In this document: one piece after another, positions 26,321 to 38,190 of the stretch
Numbering within the stretch: position 1 is the first letter of the stretch
Layout of the letters: every line of letters starts with the position of its first letter
Assembly: GCA_905331295.1 (NCBI GenBank)
Contig: CAJNYD010000596.1
Coordinates: 129,345 to 193,344, forward strand
DNA length: 64,000 bases
Direction of reading: 5' to 3'
Origin: Rotaria socialis
Taxonomy: Eukaryota
The notes under the pieces: model-generated
The model's input: only the letters and a program-made list of their open reading frames with translations
Database searches by the model: none
Told to the model about the DNA's origin: nothing
Translations under genes and position numbers: made by a program

Positions 26321-27691
26321 GGTGGTGTTAAGAGCCGAAATCGGCCCCCAATAGAAATCGGGATTTCCTCTACCAAAATTATCAAAACGATGCTAAAAAT
26401 TGTTTTATAGAAAAATCTGTTCAATATATTATATGTTTTGTAGGCACAGACAGCTCGAACTTTCATACTCAACATGAGGATTTAACCTTATATTACGTTT
26501 TAAATACGCCTAACAACCACCGACTTTTTAACTTCTAACACTTCTCATTCACCAGATCTTGATGAGATCTGGTGTTTTAAGCAAAGCAATTGTGGAAAAA
26601 ACGTTGGCCACAAAAAATTACCGTACGGGTATCAAGCTATGTAGATGTTTTCTATGTTATTTTTCATTATTATTTTTCGCATGCTGCTCGAAAATCCCTG
26701 GAAATCAGTAAAGTCAATACCATATTCAAAATCAGCGTTCCAAACTGAGTAGAAACGCATGAACTTCAAAGAATTTTAACCACTTTTGTTTTTTTCCAAA
26801 AATTATCCCCCTAGTTCCCCCTCAGGGGTATGTGGAAAAATGGAATGTCTCAAAACGTAAGTTCCATCGTTTTATTTTCTACTATTTTCAGTACGGATCT
26901 CGTTTTACCCACCGAACAGCATATTCAACAACTTTCAAGATGTGTTTGATGCGATTGACTTTTCCACATACCCCTGAGCGGGAGGGAGTAGGAGGGTAAT
27001 TTGGGAAAAAAACAAAAGTGGTCAAAATTCTTTAAAGTTTATGCGTTTTTACTCAGTTTTGAACGTTGATTTTGAATATGGTATTGACTTTACTGATTTC
27101 CAGAGTTTTTCGAGCAGCATGTGAAACATAATCATGAAGACTAACATAAAAACATCTACATAGCTTGATATCCGTACGGTAATTTTTTGTTGCCAACGCT
27201 TTTTCCACAATTTTTTGCTTAAAACACCAGATCTGATCAAGATCTATCTTTTAATACAGAATTCATCCTGGTTCCGATTAAAATGGATGCTCTCCGGTTA
27301 GTCTCTTCGTCTCGAAGTTGTATTCTTTTTCAAAAAATTTGATTTGTTCCTCTTATCATGGCACCCAGGCCAAGGTTTTTATCCCAATTTTTTTACACGA
27401 AATTCTACATCTGATCAAGATCTGGTGAGTGAGAAGTGGTAGAAGTTAAAAAGTCGGTGGTTGTTAGGCGTATTTAAAACGTAACATAAGGCTAAATCCT
27501 CATGTTGAGTATGAAAGTTCGAGCTGTCTGTGCCTACAAAACATATAATATATTGAACAGATTCTGCTATAAAACAATTTTTGGCATCGTTTTTTGATAA
27601 TTTAGATAGAGAAAATNAGCATCGTTTTTATAATTTTGGTAGAGGAAATCCCGATTTCTATTGGGGGCCGATTTCGGCTCTTAATGCCACC
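26321..27691. mobile_element. Large foldback element (~520-bp inverted arms, ~120-bp loop, ~165-bp extra segment in the right arm)
   Basis: GGTGGTGTTAAGAGCCGAAATCGGCCCCCAATAGAAATCGGG... mirrored by ...CCCGATTTCTATTGGGGGCCGATTTCGGCTCTTAATGCCACC. Arms are traceable to ~26840 and ~26960. N at 27617. No TSD recognised. Confidence 0.85.
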
Positions 27692-28240
27692 CACCCATTG
27701 GTATTACTAATTTACGCGAACACCACGAACAGCCAACTTTGTAAGATCACATATAGGTCATACTTACGAACACTCACATCTTGGCGAGTTATATCCGCGC
27801 ACCCCTAACTTGTTCCAGTTATAGTGAAAAACACCTCAGCAGAGAGTAAAAATGGCTCTTCTTTACCCGAACACCCAAAATCTTCTTTATATTGCATGCA
27901 AACATCCAACTTGCACTCATGAACACTTATACAACTCCATAATCTACATTCTGACATCAATATGTGCCCGTCCCTAAAAAGACGTTTTTAAGGAACCTTT
28001 CACTGGTAACACTTGTGATCGACCAAGAACTATGCATAACTACGAACATGGGAAATGTCCGTTTTAACACTCAATAGCATCCAGCTTATCATTACGAACA
28101 CCCACAGAAACATTCAATCTACATATTAGCATATAATTCAATCAATTTTACGGATATAATTATCTCTGGTAACACTGAAAATATAAAAGAAGTTTCTTAA
28201 TAGAAGTACGTAGGGTGTGGGTGTGGATGTGGATGTCAGT

Positions 28241-28745
28241 TAGGGGTGTCAATTTACAGTATTTAATTAAAATTTAACTTCGTGAAAAGTTGATTTAATT
28301 TAAAATTAAATTCTATAAAGTTAAATTTAAATTTTCAGAATTAAAATTTAATAAATTTTTTGGATGAATACACATCATTGCTATGAGGAAAATATATGAC
28401 TTTAACAGCAGTAAATACTAAATGAGAATAGAACCTAGTATTTTAGATTAATATTTGTTCATAGTAGTCAAAATTTCTCTACAGATTGTGAAGGATCCGT
28501 CATCTTTCTTCTTCAAAATACCGGGATACTCATAAAAATATATTTAAAAGCACAATTCATAGAAGAATGACTACCGTAACTTTAGAAGGCAAGAAACATA
28601 GTCAAGTTTGACTTTAAATAATAGCAATCAAGATAAAACTATGTTTATCTACTAGTTTTGAAAATTTAACTAATTTGAATTTCAAACAACTTAATTAAAA
28701 TTTAGTTAAATTTAAATGATACAAAATAAAAATGTGACACCCCTA
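28241..28745. mobile_element. hAT-like MITE
   Basis: TAGGGGTGTCA / TGACACCCCTA TIRs. 8-bp TSD atgtcagt (28233-28240) / gtgtcagt (28746-28753). Confidence 0.85.
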
Positions 28746-28783
28746 GTGTCAGTTCATAAAGTCTAACGTAACACCCACACCCT

Positions 28784-29997
28784 TGTTATGGGACGGTGCC
28801 TATCGTCCCAATAACCTCTATGCTGTTTTCCTTTACCTCTTTCTATTTGATTCACCTTCAAAGTAGAGTATGATCGAAAATGTTTTGGACAACTTTATGA
28901 AAGGTGAAACATATAGTATAAAAGCTATTGGAAGAACTCTTTTACGATTTACATAACTTGTAATGTTCTCTATCTGTCATATAAATTTGACATTTTTTGA
29001 TTAATTGTTGTTCTCAAAATGATCGATCTTCGAAAATGTATATTTTCTATGCTTGGACGCAAAAATAATTTGAAAAAAGTGAAATAGTAAAACATTTTAT
29101 GTTAGAAGGTTTTAAAAGATCAACAATATATAATATAATAAAAATCTTATCCGATAAAGTCTATGACAAAGGTTGGGAGGCAAAAAATGAATTACAATTA
29201 AAAAAGAGAATTAATAAGAAATTAAAAGAAATTGATATCAAGATTATCCAACACATGATGACAACCATACGAACAAAATTAAGAAAAATTGAAGACAAAG
29301 ACCACTTTCTGTACTTTAATCGTGCAATTTATTTAGACTTAACTGGTTTATATTTTATATCAAACGTTTCACACTAAACTTTTGTTTAATAGGAGAAAAA
29401 AGTTTCAATATCTTTTAACAATTTTTTGTCTATTCGTATTCAAGTTTTTCTTTTCGAAATACGTTGGACGACCACTCCTTGGACGATCTTCGACTGGTAG
29501 ATCAACTTCATAACGTTTTATTATATTATATATTGTTGATCTTTTAAAACCTTCTAACATAAAATGTTTTACTATTTCACTTTTTTCAAATTATTTTTCC
29601 GTCCAAGGGTAGAAAACATACGTCTTCGAAGATCGATCATTTTGAGAACAACAATCAATCAAAAACTGTCAAATTTATATGACAGATAGAGGACACTACA
29701 AGCTATGCAAATCGTGAAAGAGTTCTTCCAATAGCTTTTATACTATATGTTTCACCTTTCATAAAGTTGTCCAAAAATTTTTCGATCATACGTTATATAT
29801 TAATATAGATCGATAATCTAGTATCTACGGAAGAGAACCGAAAGAAGAGAAGAGTGAAGATATGGAGTTGTCTCCGTGACAAGTGGAGCGACCATGTTGT
29901 TCGTTTATGATCGTCATCGTTATCGTCGATTACCGTTTCGTTTTTGTTACTTTTGTTATAAATAAAATAAACGAATATTTATAACTAAATCCTAACA
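28784..29997 (+). mobile_element. Solo LTR (~284 bp net) interrupted by a Tc1-like element
   Basis: TGTTA...TAACA termini, perfect 5-bp TSD ACCCT (28779-28783, 29998-30002), TATA-like segment at the insertion site, AATAAA near 29961. Confidence 0.75.
28866..29793. mobile_element. Tc1/mariner-derived foldback element with transposase remnants
   Basis: ~275-bp inverted arms, TA on both sides (28864-28865, 29794-29795). Minus arm encodes ...EGFKRSTIYNIIKRYEVDLPVEDRPRSGRP (Tc1 HTH/GRP motif). Plus arm joins the same N-terminus to a transposase-like C-terminus KVYDKGWEAKNELQLKKRI. Confidence 0.82.
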
Positions 29998-30486
29998 ACC
30001 CTCAAGATCGATTTGAGCTTTACCTGGACATTTGTTTAATAACAGAAACTACTTCATGTTTCACACTACTTGGTCTTATTCTGTCGTTGTACTATATTTT
30101 TGAAATTCGATTTGGTCTACATAATCGAACATGCCGTCTTCTTTACTGTAACGATAAATAGGGCTCTTGCTAGTTGATGTATTAAAACAAACTAGATAGA
30201 GGTGGAGTAGCTTACCGCCACTCTCGACAATGATGTTTATTCGCTTCTTCACATATCCAGAGTGTAACAACTTCATACATAACACACGTATATATAGGAG
30301 AGAGAACAGAAGGAGAATCATCGAAGTGTGCCGTCAATATCGGCAAACCCTCCCACTCAGATCAGACGCGCTCCTGAGTGTCTTTACAATATCGAAAAAA
30401 AGGAAGATGGAAAAGATAGAGGAGAAGAAAAGAAAAAGGAAAAAAACGACACAAACACAGAATAACAAAAAAAACACAATAGCAGT

Positions 30487-30667
30487 TAGGGGTGGGCCAT
30501 TAACATTAATTTAATATTAATCTTAATGTTTCTCATTAACCATTGATATTAATGTTTAATGTTTTCTGAGAAAAACTTAATTCATTAACCATTAAGATGA
30601 ATGGCTAATGGAAGCCATTAATTAATGCCATTAATTAAGTTCCGTTAAAAAAAATGGCCAACCCCTA
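30487..30667. mobile_element. hAT-like MITE nested in the LTR element
   Basis: TAGGGGTGGGCCATT / AATGGCCAACCCCTA TIRs. Perfect 8-bp TSD ATAGCAGT (30479-30486, 30668-30675). Internal CATTAA repeats. Confidence 0.9.
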
Positions 30668-32896
30668 ATAGCAGTTCATCATTTGAACTTTCTTTCACAG
30701 TTACGTGCAATATGCGCGAGGTATATACATAAAATAGATAACAATCAATTCGAGTGCAGCCTTCTCAGCCAAACGGCATTATCATAATACACGAAGTTAA
30801 CAATTTACGACATACAGTAAAAAAAACATCGCGGTCAACAATTTACGGCGAACGAACTTTTTAGAACCCTTTTTCTTCATTTTTTAAGCACTTACAATAT
30901 GCATTACATTGATAGCATACAGAGAACAGGATACAACAGGAACGAGAGAGACAAAAAAATATTTTCGCTCTTTTAATCAGTATACATCGACATTTTTCAC
31001 ATCAGAAAAAAAAATTTAACAGGTTAAGCTTCATAGAATTCTTAACACAGACATTATCAATCACGCATTTTCGCCTCTATTGGTCTCAATAAAATATCAT
31101 TGATATAGGACATTTAAAAAAATGATAGCATAGCTCTTAGAAAAATTTAGCCACGCATTAATTCTTTATAAAAAAATTTTACATTTTATTTTTGATTTTA
31201 TCAAAAGTAGCACGTCTAATTTAACATGAATACAAGAAAAATTAATACGCCTTCTGGATAATCGATCGAAAAAATATTTTTACACTTTTCATTACAGTGT
31301 TAATCTTAGAGATGATCTATTTCGTTTTTAAATTTTTTATTCTAACCATATTTACGTATCTGATATTGACGAATATTTGAACATTGCAAACAATTAATTG
31401 GATGGTGTAAACCAGAGACCGAAATCGAATCGAATCATATGATGCGTTATAGACATAGCCGGGAGATTGAATGTATTTTGCATACTAAATGAATTTCCGG
31501 AAATTGAAACTACTTATCCGTCAAACTGAACAATTCAAGCAGCGATGATTGTATTATAAGGCATATAGGACATATAGGGCATATAAAGCATATAAGGCAT
31601 ATACATACACGTCGAACTTGAAACTTGAATTAAACTGAAACTTCAACTTTCAAGTTTAGAAGTTGAAACTTGAATTTTCAGTTGAATTCAACCTTCAACT
31701 TTCAACTTTCAATTTCTCGAAATGCGCTTTTGGTTACGCAATATCTCAAAACGTATTCATTCAATCCAATCGAAATTTTCTACAGAATTACATCCCACTA
31801 AGGTGCATACTCCAAATCAATTTCAGCTTCAACAACTGAACTCCTGGCATTATGAGCATCGCACCAATGCAGGGAAAATTCACACTTTTCCCAACATTTG
31901 TCACTTCAGTTCTCCTCACTCCATAACACCAACCGTCCGAAACTTACTCCTAAAACACGTCTTACCATCTTCACAGTTTCGGCGTAATTGATGAAAATTT
32001 AACGGAGAGGGTGTGGGTACCTCGAAAGGCTGAAAACAACGTCTTAAGGTTGTATATGTAGTGATTATTTTAAGCTGTGTTTTGGCTGATTATTGTTTTT
32101 GGGAAGTGCGGTATTTGTGATCGCTTTAATGTAATTGCTTTTTTCAAGTTCGATTGTGGTGAAAGTTACTATGCGCATAAGATGATAGTGTAGAAAATCT
32201 CACGAGTGTTTAGCGGAAGAGGTCCATTAGAATCGATCGTTATCTTGAAGCCGACTGTTACAGGTATATGTTTATTCCTTGACTCATCGACGTTTGTTTA
32301 CTCATTCCCTGACACATATTCCCTCTATATATACTCATCTTTCTTCAACAAAAAAAGTTGTTCCATCGTTATGGTACTCATTCGTTATTAACATCAAGAA
32401 GGCATCGGGATCTCTAATACCGACTATGAAATAGATGCAATACTTATGAAAGTATCTTAGTCATGTCGCCATTGAGTCATAGTTGGCATGAAGTAGTGAA
32501 AAAAATATATAAATATTTTAAATACTTATTTCTAGCAAATAGCATCTTTGAAATTAATGGAAATTACTAAAATATTGGACATATCCGTAGTTTTAGTTTA
32601 TTGAGGTACTGTAGTTTACCAAACATTTCAGTACCAGAAGAAGAAGATTACATGTTTTTCGTGGTGGGATCTTAGAGAGGAGAACAGATAAATTCTTATA
32701 AGTTGATGTTGGTGTGGTTTAGCGCTATCAATGCACACCCCACGCCCACACCCACACCGCCCTATATGCCCTATATGTCCGCTTTATGATTGCCGTCCAT
32801 AGATGCGCTCAAAAGGAATCTCTCGGAAATCGCTATAAAGCATCAAATCAATCGAATCGAATCGAATCGACTCCGAATAGAACGCTAAAACTGCCG

Positions 32897-33002
32897 AATC
32901 GAATCGAAGCGAATCAAATTATTCTGAGGTCGAATCGAAGCGAATCAAATTATTCTGAGGTCGAATCGAAGCGAATCAAATTATTTTGAGATCGAATCGA
33001 AT
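32897..33002 (+). repeat. Tandem repeat, ~3 copies of a 31-bp unit GAATCGAAGCGAATCAAATTATTCTGAGGTC
   Basis: Read directly; lies inside the 31413-33807 element. Confidence 0.85.
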
Positions 33003-33265
33003 AGATTGCTTTTTTTTCAGTGTCATTCGGTTATTCAAAATCATTTTCTTTTTTCTACAGTGACATGGTTGAGAACAGTTGACTAGTATAAGAGATGACC
33101 AATGAAAAAGGACGTCCGCTGTTTCTCTTGATTTCTGTCAATCGTGTTCATTTAATGGTCATTATTGTTCTCTTAGATAGCGCTACCATGGTTAAGTGCA
33201 CTTTAATTGGTGTGAGAAATGCCCATTTACAACCGACGTTCTTTCTTTTTTTCGTTAGCCAATTT

Positions 33266-33436
33266 AGACCCCAATCACATTGAGAAGTAAATTAACATTA
33301 TAGTTTAATTAAGCCATGTGATTGGTGCATTAAGAGTTAAGCAATATTTTAGAGGTGATTTTAACTCTTAATGTATCAATTAGATTGCATAATACGACTT
33401 TAAATTTATTCACATTTCCAGTGTGATTGAGGTCTT
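33266..33436. repeat. Degenerate palindromic MITE-like element
   Basis: AGACCCCAATCACATTG ... CAGTGTGATTGAGGTCT outer arms; CATTAAGAGTTAA / TTAACTCTTAATG inner arms. Confidence 0.55.
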
Positions 33437-34824
33437 GATATCAATCTCTTTATTTATTAAGTATGGCTACGGGCAACTGTAAATATCGATCCATATACAG
33501 TCAATGGCATTATTTTTCTTCGTTCTATAGAAAATAAACTTATTTAATTAGTCTACTTAGATGTGTTCATTAATTTATATTTTAAGTATTCCTTCTTGAA
33601 AAAAATGAATAATTCGTATGTATATGTTGATAAATTATATTTATTCAACATATTTCTATAGAAGATCGAAAGACTATTCTCATTCTAAGAAGATGACAGT
33701 CTGAAAACAGCAATACTATGTAATAGTTAATACCATGTTTTGTAAACCCAATTTGAGTCGAATCGAATCGAATCGAATGGCATTTTTACCATTCGTTTCG
33801 GTCTCTGGTGTAAACATGGTATCTTGACGATCTATGAATTGAAATTGCTTATGAATGGTAGAGCAATAGTGTTCAAGTGTCATCAACATCAGCTTGTTAT
33901 AACCGGAACGGAGCAAATCTGATTGAAATTAAGGATGAATGAAGAGATTTGAGAAGAAGAGACATGAAACGTACAGATGTTACCAAGGAATGCGACCCGA
34001 TGGCTCGCACTGCTGGCCGGGAAAATGGCCACTCTGTAGTACGTTCAGTGACGTTCTGTAACACTGCCGTTTGCTTAGTACTGCAACAACATCAGTACTA
34101 CAGCCAGTTGACAGTGTCGTGTCTTTCAACTCATATAGTTTCTCATTCATTCATTCATTCTTTCTCTCATTATTTATTACCGTCGTTACTATTGAATTAA
34201 ATTTTTGAATGATGCTTTATGGTGTTGATTTGTTGTTGATTTTTTCACAAATCACGTGTGTCCATATTCTACAAGGATTCAACAACCGAGGTCGAGATGT
34301 AACGGCCAAGGTCTGCCAGAGTCGCCATGTAACGATAAATATGACTCTGCTAGGTTGATGGATATATTAAGACAAACTGGACAGAGGTGGAGTAGGTTAC
34401 TGCCACTCTCGGCAATGATGTTTATTCGCTTCTTCACATATCCAGAGTGTAATAATTTCATACTTAACACACGTATATATAGGAGAGATATATTAGGACA
34501 ATGGAAAGAGAACAGAAAGAGGAGGATGGAGAATCATCTAAGCATGCCATCAATATCGGCACATTTACGATATACTATTTGAAGATTTACATCATCTCAC
34601 TAAAGCACTCAAAAACTTCCTCTATAATTGACAATATAAAATTGTTAATCGACCATTAGTGAAACGACCAACAATAGTTACGAATCTGATCGAGAATTCC
34701 ACTCAACCATCAATCGTAAACGAAAACTTATCTTCATCTAATAATTCAGATGAAGTTACGCTCTTAATTCAATTCGATAGTTAAGAAACTATTTCAAGAT
34801 CGTATTTTGATGTGTTCATCTCTA

Positions 34825-35133
34825 CCCAGGAGATTCTTCATTCCGACCAGTGGATCCGATCGTTTCCGGCATCGGATCCTATGCATTCCGTTGCTTTTCG
34901 GTCGACTCCGTTGAATTACGACGATTTCCTAACTAACGGATCCCGGTCCGGTTTCCGCCGGAAAAATTCCGTTAAGTTCCGCAAAATTTCGACCCGGAAT
35001 TCGTCGGAACCGATGGGAATTGATCAGAAATGGTCCGACAAAATCTGGACGGAATCCGTTAGTTAGGAAATCGTCGGAACTCAACGGAACCGATCGGTTC
35101 CGACCGATTCCGACGTATCCTGATTCTCCTGGG
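34825..35133. mobile_element. GC-rich MITE with TA TSD
   Basis: CCCAGGAGA / TCTCCTGGG termini flanked by TA on both sides. Many internal TCCGA/TCGGA motifs and an internal inverted repeat CGACGATTTCCTAACTAACGGA / TCCGTTAGTTAGGAAATCGTCG. Confidence 0.8.
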
Positions 35134-35448
35134 TAGTTATCTGCTAGAAATATCTAAACTCATCTTATCCTGATTCTTTTTTTTCACGATATACAAAGTG
35201 TTTTTTTTTATAAAACATCACTGAAATGATTTCTAAACTTTCAGCAAGAATCGTTAGTAGAGTTGTTTCATTTTAAAATGAATAACCTACATCTTAAGTT
35301 TTTTGTTGCTTTCTCCCCAACGTAAACGAAGATTTACTTTTACATTGTTTTACACTGTTGGTAAACCAATACGGATTCAGAGAATATTTTGTTCTCTTTT
35401 AAAAGATTTATTTATGACAAAAGAAAAATATATCTTTGTTTATGTAAT

Positions 35449-37634
35449 TTAATCAAGTTCTTCAGTAGTTGGACCTTTACGATTGGGTCTCGATGAGCCA
35501 TGATCTGATGATGTGTCGTTTTCATTTTCATTTTCATTTTCATTTTCATTTTCTAAAATAAATAAATGCAGAAAAGATCTAGTGTCAATAGCTAATCAAT
35601 TTGTAGTTACTTACTGTAAATTTTAGTCATGATTGGTGAACATATGCTTTCAATTTCCTTCATTTTATATTCAAACTCATCTTTACCAGCCAGCCGATTT
35701 GATTCAATCCATTTCAATGTTGATTCAATCGTTTCTTGCAGTTTTGTTTTGTCATCATTTGAAAATTTCGATGCAATTTTATCATCATTAACAGTCGATT
35801 TCAGATTAAAACAATAGGATTCCAGTGCATTTTTTGCCACTATACGTGCATGCTGTATTTCATCTTCTTTTTTGTACTTTTCAGCATTGTTTACCATTTG
35901 TTTAATTTCTTCTTTCGATAATCGACTTTGATCATTTTGAATTGTTATTTTCTTTTCTCGGCCCGATGATTTTTCAATTGCAGATACATTTAATATTCCA
36001 TTAGGATCAACATCAAATGTAACTTCAATTTTTGGTATACCGCGTGGGGCAGGTGGAATATCAGTTAATTGAAAATTTCCTAGTAAATGATTATCATTTG
36101 TCATTGCACGTTCACCTTCGAAGATTTTAATATCAACACCAGATTGATTATCTGCATATGTTGTAAACGTTTGTGTTTGTCGTGTTGGAATATTAGTGCT
36201 ACGTTTAATTAATGTTGTCATAACACCGCCGGCTGTTTCAATACCCTATACAAAAACAGAGAACAGTAATAATAAATAATAATAAAATTTATTTTTGTCA
36301 CTTACCAATGAAAGGGGTGCAACATCAATTAGAAGTACATCTTTGACTTCGTCGGATTTATCACCATTTAAAATAGCCGCTTGTACAGCTGCACCATAAG
36401 CAACAGCTTCATCGGGATGTATTGATTTATTCAATTCTTTACCATTGAAAAAGTCTTGAAGTAATTTTTGTACTTTTGGAATACGTGTCGAACCACCGAC
36501 AAGAACTATTTCTTCAATATTTGATTTGTCCATTTTAGCATCACGCAATGCTTTTTCAACCGGTTCAAGTGTTGCACGAAACAGATCAGCACATAATTCT
36601 TCAAAACGAGCACGTGTTATAGATGTATTAAAATCAATACCTTCATGAAGTGAATCGATTTCAATGGTCGTTTGAGCGACTGTTGATAATGTTCGCTATA
36701 AAAAATGAAGGAAAAAAGAACAGTTAATTAAAATATTTACTAACATAGAAAAATTTTCAACTTACTTTAGCTCGTTCACATGCCGTACGTAAACGACGCA
36801 TCGCCTTTGTATTTTGTGACATATCTTTATTTGTTTTTCTTTTGAATTCTTGTACAAAAAGGGTAACCATACGATTATCAAAATCTTCACCACCTAAATG
36901 AGTATCACCGGCCGTAGATTTCACTTCGAAAATACCATGATCAATCACAAGTACAGATACATCAAATGTACCACCACCCAAATCAAATATGAGAACGTTT
37001 TTTTCCGCTAATGCTTGTTTATCAAGACCATAAGCAATTGCTGCTGCTGTTGGTTCATTGATAATCCTTGAAATATTGAGACCAGCAATCATACCTGCAT
37101 CTTTTGTTGCTTGTCTTTGTGCATCATTGAAATAAGCTGGAACAGTAACAACAGCTTGTAAAACTTTTTTCCCGAGATATGCTTCAGCAGTTTCTTTCAT
37201 TTTCGTTAAAACCATCGATGAAATTTCTTCTGGAGTGAATAATTTTGTTTCATTTTTATATTCAATTTGAATTATTGGTTTACCATTTTGATTAATTACT
37301 TTAAATGGCCAATGTTTCATATCAGACTGTACAGTGGAATCATCAAATTTACGACCAATAAGTCGTTTAGCATCAAAAACTGTATTACTCGCATTCATAG
37401 CTACTTGATTTTTAGCTGAATCACCAATTAAACGTTCACTATCCGTAAATGCAACATATGATGGTGTTGTTCGATTACCTTGATCATTTGCAATGATTTC
37501 AACTTTACCATGTTGAAATACACCAACACACTATTAACAAGAAAAAAAAGAGAATTAAAAAGATGGCATTCTATAACCTATAAATAACTTACGGAGTATG
37601 TTGTACCCAAATCGATGCCGATAGCGCGAGCCAT
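35449..37634 (-). CDS. hsp70: Cytosolic Hsp70/Hsc70; exons 37634-37593, 37530-36766, 36695-36306, 36245-35615, 35552-35449
   Basis: [24 protein letters not shown] and [14 protein letters not shown] signatures. Splicing restores a continuous frame ending GPTTEELD*. Confidence 0.95.
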
Positions 37635-37697
37635 TTATTTTGAATAGAACGAGAAGTTTCGGGTAATAGAGTATGTTGATCGTGCTTTTTAGGCATG

Positions 37698-37782
37698 GTT
37701 TATATAGTATAAAATTGAGTTTCTCCTAGTGTGATCGAGAAGTTTGGAGTATTGACGAGAATATTGTGGAAGGTTGAAGAGA
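37698..37782 (-). promoter_or_regulatory. Putative hsp70 promoter: TATA box and degenerate heat-shock element
   Basis: Minus-strand CTATATAAA near 37699-37707. Alternating pentamers aGAAt aTTGt gGAAg gTTGa aGAGa at 37758-37782 imperfectly match an nGAAn array. Confidence 0.4.
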
Positions 37783-38190
37783 AAAATATGGAAAAATCTA
37801 TGATAAATAATGAGATCATATATGATGACAATTTACGAAAGTTTTATACTACTTGAGCAAGATCGAAAACGCGTACTTATGATTCGTTGGTAATATACGA
37901 CACTATACGTTACTTGTTAAATGCGACATCTTCTGTAATGAAATCTATATAGACGGTTGAAAACACGGGTACTGAAACTAAAACTCCCACTTACACTCTC
38001 AAGTCATGTTTTTTCAATTATCAGATAAAAACAAAATGAATAATATTTTTCTGTTGTTGTCGTCTTATTTTATTTTTATTTTTCGATATGATCACATTAT
38101 AATTAAAAATGTGTCAAAAAAATACAATCAAAACAAGCAAAATGAAATTTGATAATCGATCTTGTCTGATAGTTAAACTAGATTTGCTTT

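Larger units (their letters stand above)
31413..33807. mobile_element. 2.4-kb non-autonomous hAT-like element nested in the LTR element
   Basis: CAGAGACCGAAA / TTTCGGTCTCTG TIRs. Perfect 8-bp TSD GTGTAAAC (31405-31412, 33808-33815). AATCG subterminal repeats. Confidence 0.88.
30147..34563 (-). mobile_element. Non-autonomous LTR retroelement (TRIM/LARD-like): LTRs 34328-34563 (5') and 30147-30347 (3')
   Basis: Homologous direct repeats TGTAACGATAAAT...ATATCGGCA(C/A)A. 5-bp TSD TTTAC (30142-30146, 34564-34568). Minus-strand PBS TGGCGACTCTGGCAG next to the 5' LTR and PPT GAGTGGGAGGG next to the 3' LTR. No gag or pol ORF. Confidence 0.85.

Noticed and set aside
27575..27650. Short tandem duplication around the N at 27617 (likewise around the N at 22705)
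   Set aside because: Duplicated sequence on both sides of a single N is typical of an unmerged contig overlap, so it is probably an assembly artefact.
32850..33002. Regularly repeated units that might suggest a CRISPR array
   Set aside because: The units are head-to-tail with no unique spacers, there are no cas genes, the context is eukaryotic, and they lie inside a hAT-like element.
34311..34327. tRNA-like 3' end ending in CCA
   Set aside because: Only ~15 nt with no cloverleaf. It is better explained as the LTR element's primer-binding site.
30076..34582. Similar short ORFs (30230, 34256, 30076, 34279, also 48860) that look like a small gene family
   Set aside because: They are incidental translations of homologous LTRs.
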